Of a DNA stretch of 64,000 nt, positions 1 through 8,947 are shown in pieces. A program made the translations under genes and the position numbers. Every line of letters starts with the position of its first letter. The first letter of the stretch is position 1. The stretch is from an uncultured Gemmatimonadales bacterium. Lineage in GTDB: Bacteria; Gemmatimonadota; Gemmatimonadetes; Gemmatimonadales; Gemmatimonadaceae. A model generated the notes under the pieces. That model was not told the DNA's origin, searched no databases, and was given only the letters and a program-made list of their open reading frames with translations. The stretch lies in contig CAWBZV010000005.1 in assembly GCA_963793305.1 (NCBI GenBank), positions 384,001 through 448,000 on the forward strand, in the 5' to 3' direction.

Positions 1-191
1 ACGAACACCGAATCCGGCTGGTCATCGAGCGCGGGGAGCAACACGACATCAGCGCCCGCGGCCGCGAGCGCCGCCCGATACGCCGCATGCTGGGCCCGCG
101 CCCGCTCGATATCGATCGCCTCCCGTTCGAGAAACGTGAGCTCGCAGCGCTCCATCGACGCGCTCGGCGCTCTCGTGATCGCCGTGATCAC
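1..191 (-). CDS. dimethylarginine dimethylaminohydrolase / amidinotransferase family protein (5' part; runs off window edge)
   Basis: Own translation from GTG at 191 (overlapping upstream stop, GTGA): MITAITRAPSASMERCELTFLEREAIDIERARAQHAAYRAALAAAGADVVLLPALDDQPDSVF, matching the DDAH N-terminus (A..QH..Y, PDSVF). Confidence 0.85.
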   Translation of the reverse strand, partial: MITAITRAPSASMERCELTFLEREAIDIERARAQHAAYRAALAAAGADVVLLPALDDQPDSVF

Positions 192-1015
192 GGGAGTTTC
201 GGCGACGGGAGGCTGACGAGCACGCCCGTGATGACCAGCACGACGCACGCCATCGCGATCTCATACCGCGCGGACGCGTGCAGCTCTCGCGCGGCGGTCT
301 CATCGCCCAACCGGGGTTTGATGCGCTGCCAGTTCCAGTAGCCGAACGCGACGACCGCGAGGACGGCGACGAGCTTGACGTCGAGCGCGAACCCGTACGG
401 AGTCGTCCACAGAGCGGAGAGGTACTTCACGTGGCGCACGGCGGTAATGACGCCAGTCAGCGCGAGGAGCGATGCGCCCACGAGCGCGACGGGCGAGAAC
501 GCCCGCACGAGCCACGCGACCGCCAGTCCTCGCTGCTCCACGGACACTCGCTCGTGCAGCGCGGCCGGCAACGCCGCGGCAACGAGCACGAACAACGTGC
601 CAAGCCACAGCGCCCCGCCGATGACATGCAGGGGATTTACCGTAGACGTCCATTTGTCGAGGCGCATGCTCCGCACGGCAAACACCGTGGTCGCCAACGC
701 GGCGAGCGCCCACGCCAGTGTCATGCGTCGTGCCGCCAGCACGAAAGCGACGCCGGCGACGACGATGGCCGTCATGGGCACGAGCGGCACACTATGTCCT
801 TTCTTGCTGCTCATCGCGGCCGCTACGAGGTAGAGTACCCCAAACACACTGCCCACCGCGCCGATCCACGCCGCGCGGGCCGCGGCCTCGTCGCGCACCG
901 TGACATCCGCGCGAGTCAGCACCGCGTACCGAAAGGCGACCGCGCCAATGGTGGCGTACGCCGCGAGAAATCCCGCGTATTCGACGAACGGCTTCGGCCA
1001 CTCGATGAGCGACAT
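188..1015 (-). CDS. CopD family copper resistance membrane protein
   Basis: Start MSLIEWPKP at 1015; multiple TM helices; LHVIGGALWLG, FSPVALVG..LTG and YG..L.VKL motifs typical of CopD. Confidence 0.8.
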   Translation of the reverse strand: MSLIEWPKPFVEYAGFLAAYATIGAVAFRYAVLTRADVTVRDEAAARAAWIGAVGSVFGVLYLVAAAMSSKKGHSVPLVPMTAIVVAGVAFVLAARRMTLAWALAALATTVFAVRSMRLDKWTSTVNPLHVIGGALWLGTLFVLVAAALPAALHERVSVEQRGLAVAWLVRAFSPVALVGASLLALTGVITAVRHVKYLSALWTTPYGFALDVKLVAVLAVVAFGYWNWQRIKPRLGDETAARELHASARYEIAMACVVLVITGVLVSLPSPKLP

Positions 1016-1058
1016 GTGGCCTGAAGATTGTCCTCGCGCGGTATGTGCTACGTAACGG

Positions 1059-1613
1059 TTACTTCGGGAGTTTGTAGCGAACGCCGAACTGGAACGGGAA
1101 GAACGCCGCGTCGCCAGCCGCGAACGCCTCGTGCCAACGGAGCTCGAAGAATCCGTCGACGGGCCCGAAGGGGTAACGGAGACCGCCGCCGAGATTGATC
1201 CCGAGGTTCGTGTCGCTCGCGCCACCAATGCACCCATCGCAGCTGACCGAGACATGATAGATGCCGAGCCCCCCGAGGAGATACGGCTGAAGCTTCGACG
1301 TCCAATGCACGGGAATGTCGTACAGCGCGTCAACATCGAAGCGCAAGATGTCCAAGCTGCCGCCGGTATATCCAAAGTAGTCGTACCCGATCTCGCCACG
1401 GAACGCGACGGGCAGCGTGCTTTTCGGGTGCCACTCGGCGGCCGCCATCAGATCGAATCCCAAGCCGGCAGCGCCGTACGACGGCACGGCAAACCCGATA
1501 CTTCCATCGAGGGCCCACTCACTCGGCCCTGACGTAGCGGTGGCGCGTGTTTGGCCAACAGCGACAGAAGCGATACTCAGACTGGCGATCACGGCAGAGA
1601 CAAAGGGTCTCAT
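1059..1613 (-). CDS. outer membrane beta-barrel protein (OmpA/OmpW-like)
   Basis: Signal peptide, alternating amphipathic strands, PYLLGGLG motif, C-terminal FQFGVRY. Confidence 0.8.
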   Translation of the reverse strand: MRPFVSAVIASLSIASVAVGQTRATATSGPSEWALDGSIGFAVPSYGAAGLGFDLMAAAEWHPKSTLPVAFRGEIGYDYFGYTGGSLDILRFDVDALYDIPVHWTSKLQPYLLGGLGIYHVSVSCDGCIGGASDTNLGINLGGGLRYPFGPVDGFFELRWHEAFAAGDAAFFPFQFGVRYKLPK

Positions 1614-1712
1614 CGGCGTTGCTCCTCGAATGTTGTGAGCTGACCTGCTTCCCGCCGCGATATCTTAGGCGGGCACCTCACCAACAGACACGACGGGCCA
1701 CTATGTCCCGGG

Positions 1713-2000
1713 TCACATATCTGCTGTACGCAGCAACAACCCGGCTTCTTCGAATTGGGCGATCGTCCGGGCGACGGCCTCCCGGGCCGTAACGTCATCG
1801 ATCTTGAAGTCGCGCGCCAGCGCCGCCGCGATCGTCGAGGCGTCGTCACCGGCATCGAGCCGGCCCCACACGACCGCCGCGGTGGCGTTCAGCGAGAAGT
1901 ATCGATTGGTGCCGAGATGGATGATCACGGCGCCGCCCGGCACCGCGGCGCATGCCGTGTCGGGCGACGTACGATAGGCGGCGCCGTGGTTATCGTCCAC
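1713..2000 (-). CDS. PqqD family protein / stand-alone RiPP recognition element (RRE)
   Basis: 95 aa; GGAVIIHLGTNRYFSLNATAAVVWGRL...IAAALARDF...EEAGLL is the PqqD/RRE pattern; start overlaps the end of the nucleotidyltransferase. Confidence 0.9.
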   Translation of the reverse strand: MDDNHGAAYRTSPDTACAAVPGGAVIIHLGTNRYFSLNATAAVVWGRLDAGDDASTIAAALARDFKIDDVTAREAVARTIAQFEEAGLLLRTADM

Positions 2001-2973
2001 GCGCCAGCGCTCCCCGAACCGTCGCCACCGTGCGCAGCGGCGCGCAGACCGCCCGCCATGCCAGTCCCGCCAGCACTGCTGGCGATCCCTCAGCGAGTTG
2101 GCTCGCTACATAAACGAGCGGATCGAGATCGCCCGCCACTCGGGGCGTCGCTGGGACGGCCAATCTCGCCAGCGCGACACGGCGCACCGTGCGCCACGCG
2201 CGATCAGCCTCCCGCTCGCCGCGCAAGCCCGCTGCCGCCAACAATGTCTCCGCCGCGCGCCCGATGGGGACGTCCGTGGGCGCGTCTGCGCACACCGCCG
2301 ACACGTCCAGTACGTCGCGTAAACGATATCGCAACGTGCGGTGCACGACGGTCGCGTGCTCGAGCGTGTGGCGCGCCAGCGCCACCGCCGAGGGAATTTC
2401 GAGCCCAGGCACCGGCGTCCGCGTGTCTTGCCAGATGATCGTATCGAGTCCGGATCCGCCGTCTGACAACTGCGTGTGGATCTCGACGGCCAATGATCCG
2501 GCACGAATCAACGCGGGGAGATGCCGCGATGGCGTTCCCGTGTCGTCCGGCTGATAGCCGAGCTCCCGTTGCAGCGCCTGATGCCAGGCCGTTGGATGTT
2601 CGACGAGGAGGTCGATGTCAGCCAGCGTTCTGCGCCCGGCAGGTTCGCCACTCAACAGACGCGCGGCGCCTTTGAGAACGAGCACGCGACCGATACGTGG
2701 CGCGATCTCCGCGATCTCCGCCAGTTGCACTTGAGCAGTGAGCGCGTGAGCGACGGCGGCTTCCGATTGCGCGCGCAACACGTGCCGGGCAGGCTCCATG
2801 GCGCGCGCCAATCCAGGATCCCGCCGACACGCCCATTCGAGCCACGGCCCACACGCCTCGATGCACAGCACGCGCTCCCACGTCGCGACATCGCTCGGCC
2901 CAATGTCCCCCACGCTCCGACCGCGCACGGCCGCCGAAACGATATCGTAGACGGCGGCCGCCGACGATGTCAT
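1990..2973 (-). CDS. nucleotidyltransferase family protein (NTP_transf_5-like)
   Basis: VLKGAA...GRRTLADIDLLV, VEIH and LRDVLD motifs; ATG at 2973 overlaps the kinase stop (ATGA). Confidence 0.85.
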   Translation of the reverse strand: MTSSAAAVYDIVSAAVRGRSVGDIGPSDVATWERVLCIEACGPWLEWACRRDPGLARAMEPARHVLRAQSEAAVAHALTAQVQLAEIAEIAPRIGRVLVLKGAARLLSGEPAGRRTLADIDLLVEHPTAWHQALQRELGYQPDDTGTPSRHLPALIRAGSLAVEIHTQLSDGGSGLDTIIWQDTRTPVPGLEIPSAVALARHTLEHATVVHRTLRYRLRDVLDVSAVCADAPTDVPIGRAAETLLAAAGLRGEREADRAWRTVRRVALARLAVPATPRVAGDLDPLVYVASQLAEGSPAVLAGLAWRAVCAPLRTVATVRGALARGR

Positions 2974-3743
2974 GCCGCCGCCAACAGTGTCTGATCGATG
3001 ACGTGCAGTTGCCGCGGCGAGTGCGTGAGCCGATACGCGGGGACCTGCGTCGCGATCGCACGCAAGGCATCGAGATGCCGACGCGCGTCGTCGTCCGGTA
3101 TCAATACCCACGCGGACTGCGCGATCAACTGGACGAGCGCCTCGACCGCGGTAATGCGCGTGAGGTGATCGGTCGGCCCTTGCGTCAGAAACACCATGCC
3201 GACGAGCGGCCCGCGCCGCGCGACACCCATGGTACGCGGAAGCCGTCGGCGTGCATCATTCAACACGCCTTGCCCCTCGAGCTCCGGAAATTCGCCCTTG
3301 AGATCCGTGCTGACCCACAGATCCTCGCGCCACGCGTGAGCCGTGACGCCATTCGCTACCCGCTCGAGGATCACGCCGTCGTCGCCGAGCACGCGCCAGC
3401 CCACGCGGGCCAGCGCATACGCCAGGGTGGACTTGCCGCTGCCGCTCACGCCGCTCAACACCCAGGCGCGACCGCGAGGGTCGACGACACCGGACGCGTG
3501 CAAGTGATAGCGGCCGCCACGACGTAAGCGAAGGATCGCCCCAGCGCGCGCGAGTTCGCGGCGCGATGCGGCGGGAATCGTCTCATATCCAGGTCCGCGC
3601 GCGAGTCGTCCATCGCGCACCCACAACTCGGCGCCCGCGTCGTGCGTCAGATGCGCGTCAGTACCGCGACTTCTCCCGACGACGGCGTTGAACTGCCACC
3701 GAAAATCGGTCAGTGGCAGGTTGGCGTCGGCGATTTTGTGCAC
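2970..3743 (-). CDS. HprK-related kinase (lasso-peptide-kinase / HPr-rel type); start uncertain (GTG 3743, or CTG 3713 overlapping the precursor stop)
   Basis: LHASGV, Walker A GVSGSGKST and LGDD signature of HPr kinase-like P-loop kinases. Confidence 0.85.
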   Translation of the reverse strand: MHKIADANLPLTDFRWQFNAVVGRSRGTDAHLTHDAGAELWVRDGRLARGPGYETIPAASRRELARAGAILRLRRGGRYHLHASGVVDPRGRAWVLSGVSGSGKSTLAYALARVGWRVLGDDGVILERVANGVTAHAWREDLWVSTDLKGEFPELEGQGVLNDARRRLPRTMGVARRGPLVGMVFLTQGPTDHLTRITAVEALVQLIAQSAWVLIPDDDARRHLDALRAIATQVPAYRLTHSPRQLHVIDQTLLAAA

Positions 3744-3880
3744 GAGATGCCGATCTGCAACAACGCCGCAACAGCCGGTAGGCCCGCGTGTTGTGAGAAC
3801 GCGGCTAGGAACCCGTGCTCTCTCACCACGGGCTCCTCCCACACCAGTGTACCCGGAAGCTGCAGCGTATAAGAAACCAT
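3710..3880 (-). CDS. putative RiPP precursor peptide, 56 aa (not in ORF track)
   Basis: ATG 3880 to TGA 3710: MVSYTLQLPGTLVWEEPVVREHGFLAAFSQHAGLPAVAALLQIGISCTKSPTPTCH; contains WxxPxVxxxGxxxxxS, the spacing of the RRE-binding lasso leader motif; lies directly upstream of kinase-NTase-RRE. Confidence 0.65.
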   Translation of the reverse strand: MVSYTLQLPGTLVWEEPVVREHGFLAAFSQHAGLPAVAALLQIGISCTKSPTPTCH

Positions 3881-4042
3881 CAGTAAGAAGACGCATATCG
3901 CCCCGCTCAGGTAATTGTGTCCTGTAGCACACGGCGAATCGTTTGTTCCGCACGATGTGATAGGGCGCGTCGTTTTTTCGCGTCAAGCGCGCCAAACACC
4001 CGGCCGATACTGGGAAGTGACCCTAATTGGCCGAGGATTTTG

Positions 4043-5941
4043 GTGTCTACCCACGTTCGCTTGTCCTTCATTGCCATTGCGCTCCTGGTCGCGGGCTGTA
4101 GCTCCACGGCCGATCTCGGCGTCACGCCGGGCACTGGCACGCTCTACGGTACGATCTCGAATACGAGCGGCGCACTCGCCGGCGTCACGGTTGTCGTGAC
4201 CCCGGTTGGTTCAGCCGCACTGCCGTCGGTGACGACGACCAACGCCGGGACCTATCGCGTCGCCGGCATCGACGTCTCGACGAGCGGCAGCGGCACGGTC
4301 GCGGTGAGCGGCTTGCCTAACAACTGCACGATTCCCGCGGCGGCCACGTACAACGGCCTGCGCGCGAACGATTCGGTCAACGTCTCAGTGAGCGTCACCT
4401 GTACGACGCCCCCGTCAGTCGGCTCGATCGTCGGCACCATCACGTCGAGTCTGGGTGGCGGGATCGCCGGTGCGAAAGTGACGGTCACTCCCTCCGGTGC
4501 GAGCGCTCTTGCCGCCGTCACCACTGGCTCGAACGGCGCATACTCCGTGAGCTCGGTCCCCGTGGGTCAGGGCACCGTGTCTATCTCGAGCCTGCCGCAA
4601 TTGTGCACGGCACCGAATGCCAAGGCCTATGCCAATCTCGCCTCAGGCAAAGTCGACACGGTGAACGTGACGGTCACGTGCACCCCGGCGACCGGCAGCC
4701 TGGCGGTCGTGATCAGTACCGTGGCCGGTGCGACGCCGAGCGTGACGATCACCGGTCCGGCCAGCTACTCGAAGACGTTGTCCACGACTCAGACGCTCTC
4801 GGGCCTGACGCCGGGCAGCTACACCGTCAGCGCAGCGACGGTTGACGCGTCCAATGCAATCGTCGCCACCGTTGACACGGCGACGGTGTCGGTCGCGAGT
4901 GAGAACGTCACGGCGGGCGCGACAGCAACCGATAGCATCACCTACACCGCCCGAGTCGGCACGGGCGCACTCTGGATCGCCAACGCCCAAGGCTCAGCCG
5001 CGTTCGTCGACTACACCGCCACGCAACTGGCGGCCAGTGGTTCGCCTGCTCCGAACATGTCCTCGGGTACCGCGGCACCGAGCGCCACGTCCAACGCGAT
5101 GGCGTTCGACGCCCACGGCAACCTGTGGATGATCGCCGGCAACTCGAGTCAGATCCTCGAGTATTCGGCCGCCCAGCTCACGAGCAGCACCCCCGCCGCG
5201 ACGATCACGATCAATGATGGGAACGGCGTCGGGATCAACGGCATGGCATTCGATGCGCAGGGCAATCTCTGGTTGGCGAACTACGGCCCGTGCGATATCG
5301 ACGAGCTCTCCGCGTCGCAACTCGCGTCGGCCAGTGGATCGGTCACCAAGACCCCAGTCATGATCCTGAACGGCTGCGGCGCGAACGTGACCGTGACCGG
5401 CCCGAACGGCTTGGCGTTCGATGCGAATGGCAATCTGTGGGTCGCCGATATCGACTCGTCCGATGTCTACGAGTATCCGGCGAGCGTGCTCACCGGTACG
5501 GGCGCCGTCACGAGCGAGCCCGTGTTCCAGACCCGCCCCGGCATCGCGGTCCAGTACCTGGCGTTCGACGGCGGTGGCAACCTCTGGATGAGCGGCTCCA
5601 CCCAAGTCGTGCGCCTCTCGTCCACACAGCTCGCGGCCGGCGGTTCCAACGCACCGGTGACCGCGACGCCAAGCGGCAGTGTGACAGTGACGGGCGCGTC
5701 GCTCGAGGGCGTTGCCTTCGACGACAGTGGCGACCTCTGGGTCGTCGACAATGCCAACGCCGCGGCGCTCGAGATCTCGGCCACACAGTTGGCGAATGGT
5801 GGCACCGTTACGCCGACCACCAGGATCGGTGCGTCGAGCGGCTCGTTGAGCGCGCCCTGGTCACTCGCCTTCAATCCACATCCGACCAGCCTGCCTCAGC
5901 CGGCCCAACCAGGTCCCCAAATCTCACGTCGTCGGAAGTAG
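4043..5941 (+). CDS. lipoprotein with 2 carboxypeptidase-regulatory-like (Ig-like) repeats and a C-terminal NHL/Vgb-like beta-propeller
   Basis: GAGGA RBS then GTG; lipobox LVAGC; repeated AFDxxGNLW blades. Confidence 0.8.
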   Translation: MSTHVRLSFIAIALLVAGCSSTADLGVTPGTGTLYGTISNTSGALAGVTVVVTPVGSAALPSVTTTNAGTYRVAGIDVSTSGSGTVAVSGLPNNCTIPAAATYNGLRANDSVNVSVSVTCTTPPSVGSIVGTITSSLGGGIAGAKVTVTPSGASALAAVTTGSNGAYSVSSVPVGQGTVSISSLPQLCTAPNAKAYANLASGKVDTVNVTVTCTPATGSLAVVISTVAGATPSVTITGPASYSKTLSTTQTLSGLTPGSYTVSAATVDASNAIVATVDTATVSVASENVTAGATATDSITYTARVGTGALWIANAQGSAAFVDYTATQLAASGSPAPNMSSGTAAPSATSNAMAFDAHGNLWMIAGNSSQILEYSAAQLTSSTPAATITINDGNGVGINGMAFDAQGNLWLANYGPCDIDELSASQLASASGSVTKTPVMILNGCGANVTVTGPNGLAFDANGNLWVADIDSSDVYEYPASVLTGTGAVTSEPVFQTRPGIAVQYLAFDGGGNLWMSGSTQVVRLSSTQLAAGGSNAPVTATPSGSVTVTGASLEGVAFDDSGDLWVVDNANAAALEISATQLANGGTVTPTTRIGASSGSLSAPWSLAFNPHPTSLPQPAQPGPQISRRRK

Positions 5942-5974
5942 CGGCGACGAAGCAGTCAGTGCATACTTGCGCCC

Positions 5975-6721
5975 ATGCGAACGCTGCATGGGCGCAAGTT
6001 TTTGGTGCTAGGTCTTCTGGCCGCCGCCCAGGCCGGAGCACAAGACCTCGGCCCCTGGCCGCAACACTCGATGGACCGGCCGAAGCCCGCGATTATCGAC
6101 CCGGGTCCGCCGCCATCAGACGCGATCGTGCTGTTCAACGGCCACGACCTCTCGAACTGGCGCAACGCCGACAGCGCCGACAAGCCAGCGCTGTGGAAGG
6201 TCGAGAACGGCTATATAGAAGTCGCGCCCCACACGGGCAACATCGCCACGAAGCAGTTGTTCGGCGACTGCCAGCTCCACATCGAATGGGCGACGCCCGC
6301 CAAGGTCGAGGGCGAAGGCCAGGAGCGCGGCAATAGCGGCGTGTTCATGGCGGGAAAGTACGAGATCCAGGTCCTGGACTCGTATGACAACCCCACATAC
6401 GCCGACGGCCAAGCGGCGTCGATGTTCGGCCAGTATCCGCCATTAGTCAACGCGAGCCGCAAGCCGGGCGAATGGCAGACATATGATGTCATCTGGCACG
6501 GCCCGAGATTCGACGCGAATGGGAAACTGACCCGTCCTGCACGAATCACCGTGTTTCACAATGGCATTCTCGTGCAGGACAACGTCACGCTCTCCGGTCC
6601 GACGGCGTTCAAGAGACGCCCGCCGTACACGAGCGACCCGGTGAAAATGCCGCTGGCGTTACAGGACCACGAATTCCCGGTACGCTTCCGCAATATCTGG
6701 ATCCGCGAGCTGGCGAACTAA
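5975..6721 (+). CDS. DUF1080 / 3-keto-disaccharide hydrolase family protein
   Basis: Signal peptide; LFNG.DL..W, GNSGVF, YEIQVLD, GEWQTY, LQDH..PV.FRNIWI motifs. Confidence 0.9.
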   Translation: MRTLHGRKFLVLGLLAAAQAGAQDLGPWPQHSMDRPKPAIIDPGPPPSDAIVLFNGHDLSNWRNADSADKPALWKVENGYIEVAPHTGNIATKQLFGDCQLHIEWATPAKVEGEGQERGNSGVFMAGKYEIQVLDSYDNPTYADGQAASMFGQYPPLVNASRKPGEWQTYDVIWHGPRFDANGKLTRPARITVFHNGILVQDNVTLSGPTAFKRRPPYTSDPVKMPLALQDHEFPVRFRNIWIRELAN

Positions 6722-6723
6722 CA

Positions 6724-8382
6724 GTGCGGCCGATTTACAATGTCGCCATCGTCGGCTCCGGCGCGGGCGGCGGCATGGCGGCGTACATGCTCACGAAGGC
6801 CGGCGCCAACGTCGTGTTGCTCGAAGCGGGCGCTCAGTGGAGCGCGATCGCCGACGGCGCGATGCTCACCTGGCCGTACGAGTCTCCCCGCCGTGGCGCG
6901 TCGACACCCACGCATCACTTCGGCGAATTCGACGCCTGTATCGGTGGCTGGTCGGTCGATGGCGAGCCATACACGACTGCCCCCGGCTCGGAGTTCATGT
7001 GGTGGCGCGCGCGGATGCTCGGCGGCCGCACCAACCACTGGGGTCGCATCTCGCTCCGCTGGGGTCCGGACGACTTTCGCCGCAAGTCTATAGACGGCCT
7101 CGGCGACGACTGGCCGATCACGTACGACGACGTCAAGCCGTGGTACGACGAAACCGACCGGCTGATCGGGTTATTCGGCAGCAACGAAGGTCTGCCGAAC
7201 GATCCCGACGGAGTCTTCCTCCCGCCGCCCAAGCCGCGCTGCTTCGAGCTGCTGATTCAGCAGGCTTGCAATAAGACAGGCGTTCGCTGCATTCCGGCCC
7301 GACTCTCGATCCTGACGAAACCGGTCAACGGACGTGCGGCGTGCCACTACTGCGGGCAGTGCAGCCGCGGGTGCAAAACCAACTCGAACTTCTCGAGCCC
7401 TGGCGTGCTGATCGAGCCGGCGCAGCGCACGGGCAAGCTCACGTTGCTGACGAACGCGATGGTGCGCGAAGTCACCGCCGGACAGGACGGACTCGCGACT
7501 GGCGTCAGCTACATCGACAAGACGACGGGAGCCGACGAACACGTCCGGGCTCGCATCGTCGTCCTCGCCGCCAGCGCCTGCGAATCGGCCCGTTTGCTCT
7601 TGAACTCCGGCCTCTCCAACCACAGCGGGCTGGTTGGCCAATACCTGACGGATACGACTGGCACCGACGTCTCGGGTTACATCCCACGCATGGCCGACCA
7701 CATCACGCACAACGAAGACGGCGTCGGCGGCATGCACCTCTACATGCCATGGTGGGTCGACAACAAGACGTTGGACTTTCCTCGGGGCTATCACATCGAG
7801 CCCAGCGGCGGCCTGCATTTGCCGGCGTACGGCTTCATGAGCGACACCATGCGACACGTGTCCCACGCGGGGTACGGCAAGGCGCTCAAGGCCGACTATC
7901 GCCGCCTCTACGGCGCAACCGTGCATTTCTCGGGTCGCGGCGAGATGATCCCCAACGCCGACTCGTACTGTGAGATCGACCCGAACGTGGTCGATCGGTG
8001 GGGCATTCCCGTGCTCCGCTTCCATTGGAAGTGGACCGACTACGAGTACAAGCAGGTGAAGCACATGCAAGAGACCTTCCGGTCGTTGATCAGCGCGATG
8101 GGCGGCGAGCCGCTGACGCCGATGCCCACGGCCGCCGAGGGCTATGGCATCGCGGCCGGCGGGCAGATCATCCACGAGCTCGGCACGACGCGCATGGGTC
8201 GTGACCCATTGACGTTGGTGCTCAATGCGTGGTGCCAATCGCACGAGGTCAAGAACCTCTTCGTCGTCGACGGCGGCCCGTTCGTCTCGCAGGCCGACAA
8301 GAATCCCACGTGGACGATCCTCGCCCTCGCCATGCGCACGAGCGACTATATCGCCACGCAGCGCAAATCGGGGGCGCTATGA
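6724..8382 (+). CDS. GMC family flavoprotein oxidoreductase (glycoside 3-dehydrogenase-like)
   Basis: GSGAGG FAD motif, LGGRTNHW, CHYCGQC..GC Fe-S motif, IIHELGTTRMG, KNPTWTILALA. Confidence 0.9.
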   Translation: MRPIYNVAIVGSGAGGGMAAYMLTKAGANVVLLEAGAQWSAIADGAMLTWPYESPRRGASTPTHHFGEFDACIGGWSVDGEPYTTAPGSEFMWWRARMLGGRTNHWGRISLRWGPDDFRRKSIDGLGDDWPITYDDVKPWYDETDRLIGLFGSNEGLPNDPDGVFLPPPKPRCFELLIQQACNKTGVRCIPARLSILTKPVNGRAACHYCGQCSRGCKTNSNFSSPGVLIEPAQRTGKLTLLTNAMVREVTAGQDGLATGVSYIDKTTGADEHVRARIVVLAASACESARLLLNSGLSNHSGLVGQYLTDTTGTDVSGYIPRMADHITHNEDGVGGMHLYMPWWVDNKTLDFPRGYHIEPSGGLHLPAYGFMSDTMRHVSHAGYGKALKADYRRLYGATVHFSGRGEMIPNADSYCEIDPNVVDRWGIPVLRFHWKWTDYEYKQVKHMQETFRSLISAMGGEPLTPMPTAAEGYGIAAGGQIIHELGTTRMGRDPLTLVLNAWCQSHEVKNLFVVDGGPFVSQADKNPTWTILALAMRTSDYIATQRKSGAL

Positions 8383-8416
8383 AAGTCGGGAGCGCTATGA
8401 AATCGGGAGCGCTATG
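8365..8416 (+). repeat. three tandem copies (17/18/17 nt) of AAA(G)TCGGG(A/G)GCGCTATG spanning a gene junction
   Basis: aaatcgggggcgctatg / aaagtcgggagcgctatg / aaatcgggagcgctatg read directly. Confidence 0.9.
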
Positions 8417-8947
8417 AGTGAGATCTCTCGCCGCGAGATGGTGGCGTGGCTCGCCACCTTGCCAATCGCGCAGGCGGCGTTAGCCGCCGAGCGCGCCTTG
8501 CGTGCCAACGCACCATTCGCGCCGAAATTCTTCACGCCGCACGAATGGCGCACGGTTCGCTTACTGGCCGACTATATCATCCCACGCGATGACCGCTCCG
8601 GCAGCGCCACCGATGCGGGCGTGCCGGAGTTCATGGATTTCATCATGACGGACCGCCCACAGGAGCGCTTGGCCATGCGCGGCGGTCTCCACTGGCTCGA
8701 CAATCACTGTCGCGACCGGTTCAACGCGACGTTCGCCGACTGCACACCGGCTCAGCAGACATCCATGCTCGACCAAATCTCCACTCCTCCAGTCGAGTTC
8801 TTCGCGATGTTCCGCGACCTGACGGCCACGGGATTCTGGTCGAGCAAAATGGGCGTCGCCGATCTCCGCTACATTGGCAACACGGTCGTGCACGAATGGA
8901 ACGGCTGCCCCGACGCGGCCCTCGCCAAGCTCGGAGTCTCTTACTGA
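8414..8947 (+). CDS. gluconate 2-dehydrogenase subunit 3 family protein (Tat-exported partner of the GMC enzyme)
   Basis: MSEISRRE Tat-like start; IIPRD..SGSA.DAGVPEF.DF; GFWSSK.G..DL.Y.GN. Confidence 0.88.
   Translation: MSEISRREMVAWLATLPIAQAALAAERALRANAPFAPKFFTPHEWRTVRLLADYIIPRDDRSGSATDAGVPEFMDFIMTDRPQERLAMRGGLHWLDNHCRDRFNATFADCTPAQQTSMLDQISTPPVEFFAMFRDLTATGFWSSKMGVADLRYIGNTVVHEWNGCPDAALAKLGVSY

Noticed and set aside
1713..2000. PqqD as part of PQQ biosynthesis for the dehydrogenase at 16947
   Set aside because: No pqqA/B/C/E nearby, the upstream peptide lacks the PqqA ExxxY motif, and the gene is coupled to a kinase and nucleotidyltransferase.
1713..3880. Canonical lasso peptide cluster
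   Set aside because: No cyclase or B2 peptidase in the window, and the putative core has no Asp/Glu for ring closure.
3744..3995. N-terminal extension of the kinase as in the 341-aa ORF
   Set aside because: No kinase-like features; overlaps the precursor ORF and the divergent promoter region.
8365..8416. CRISPR-like repeats
   Set aside because: Units are 17-18 nt, directly adjacent with no spacers, and no cas genes are present.
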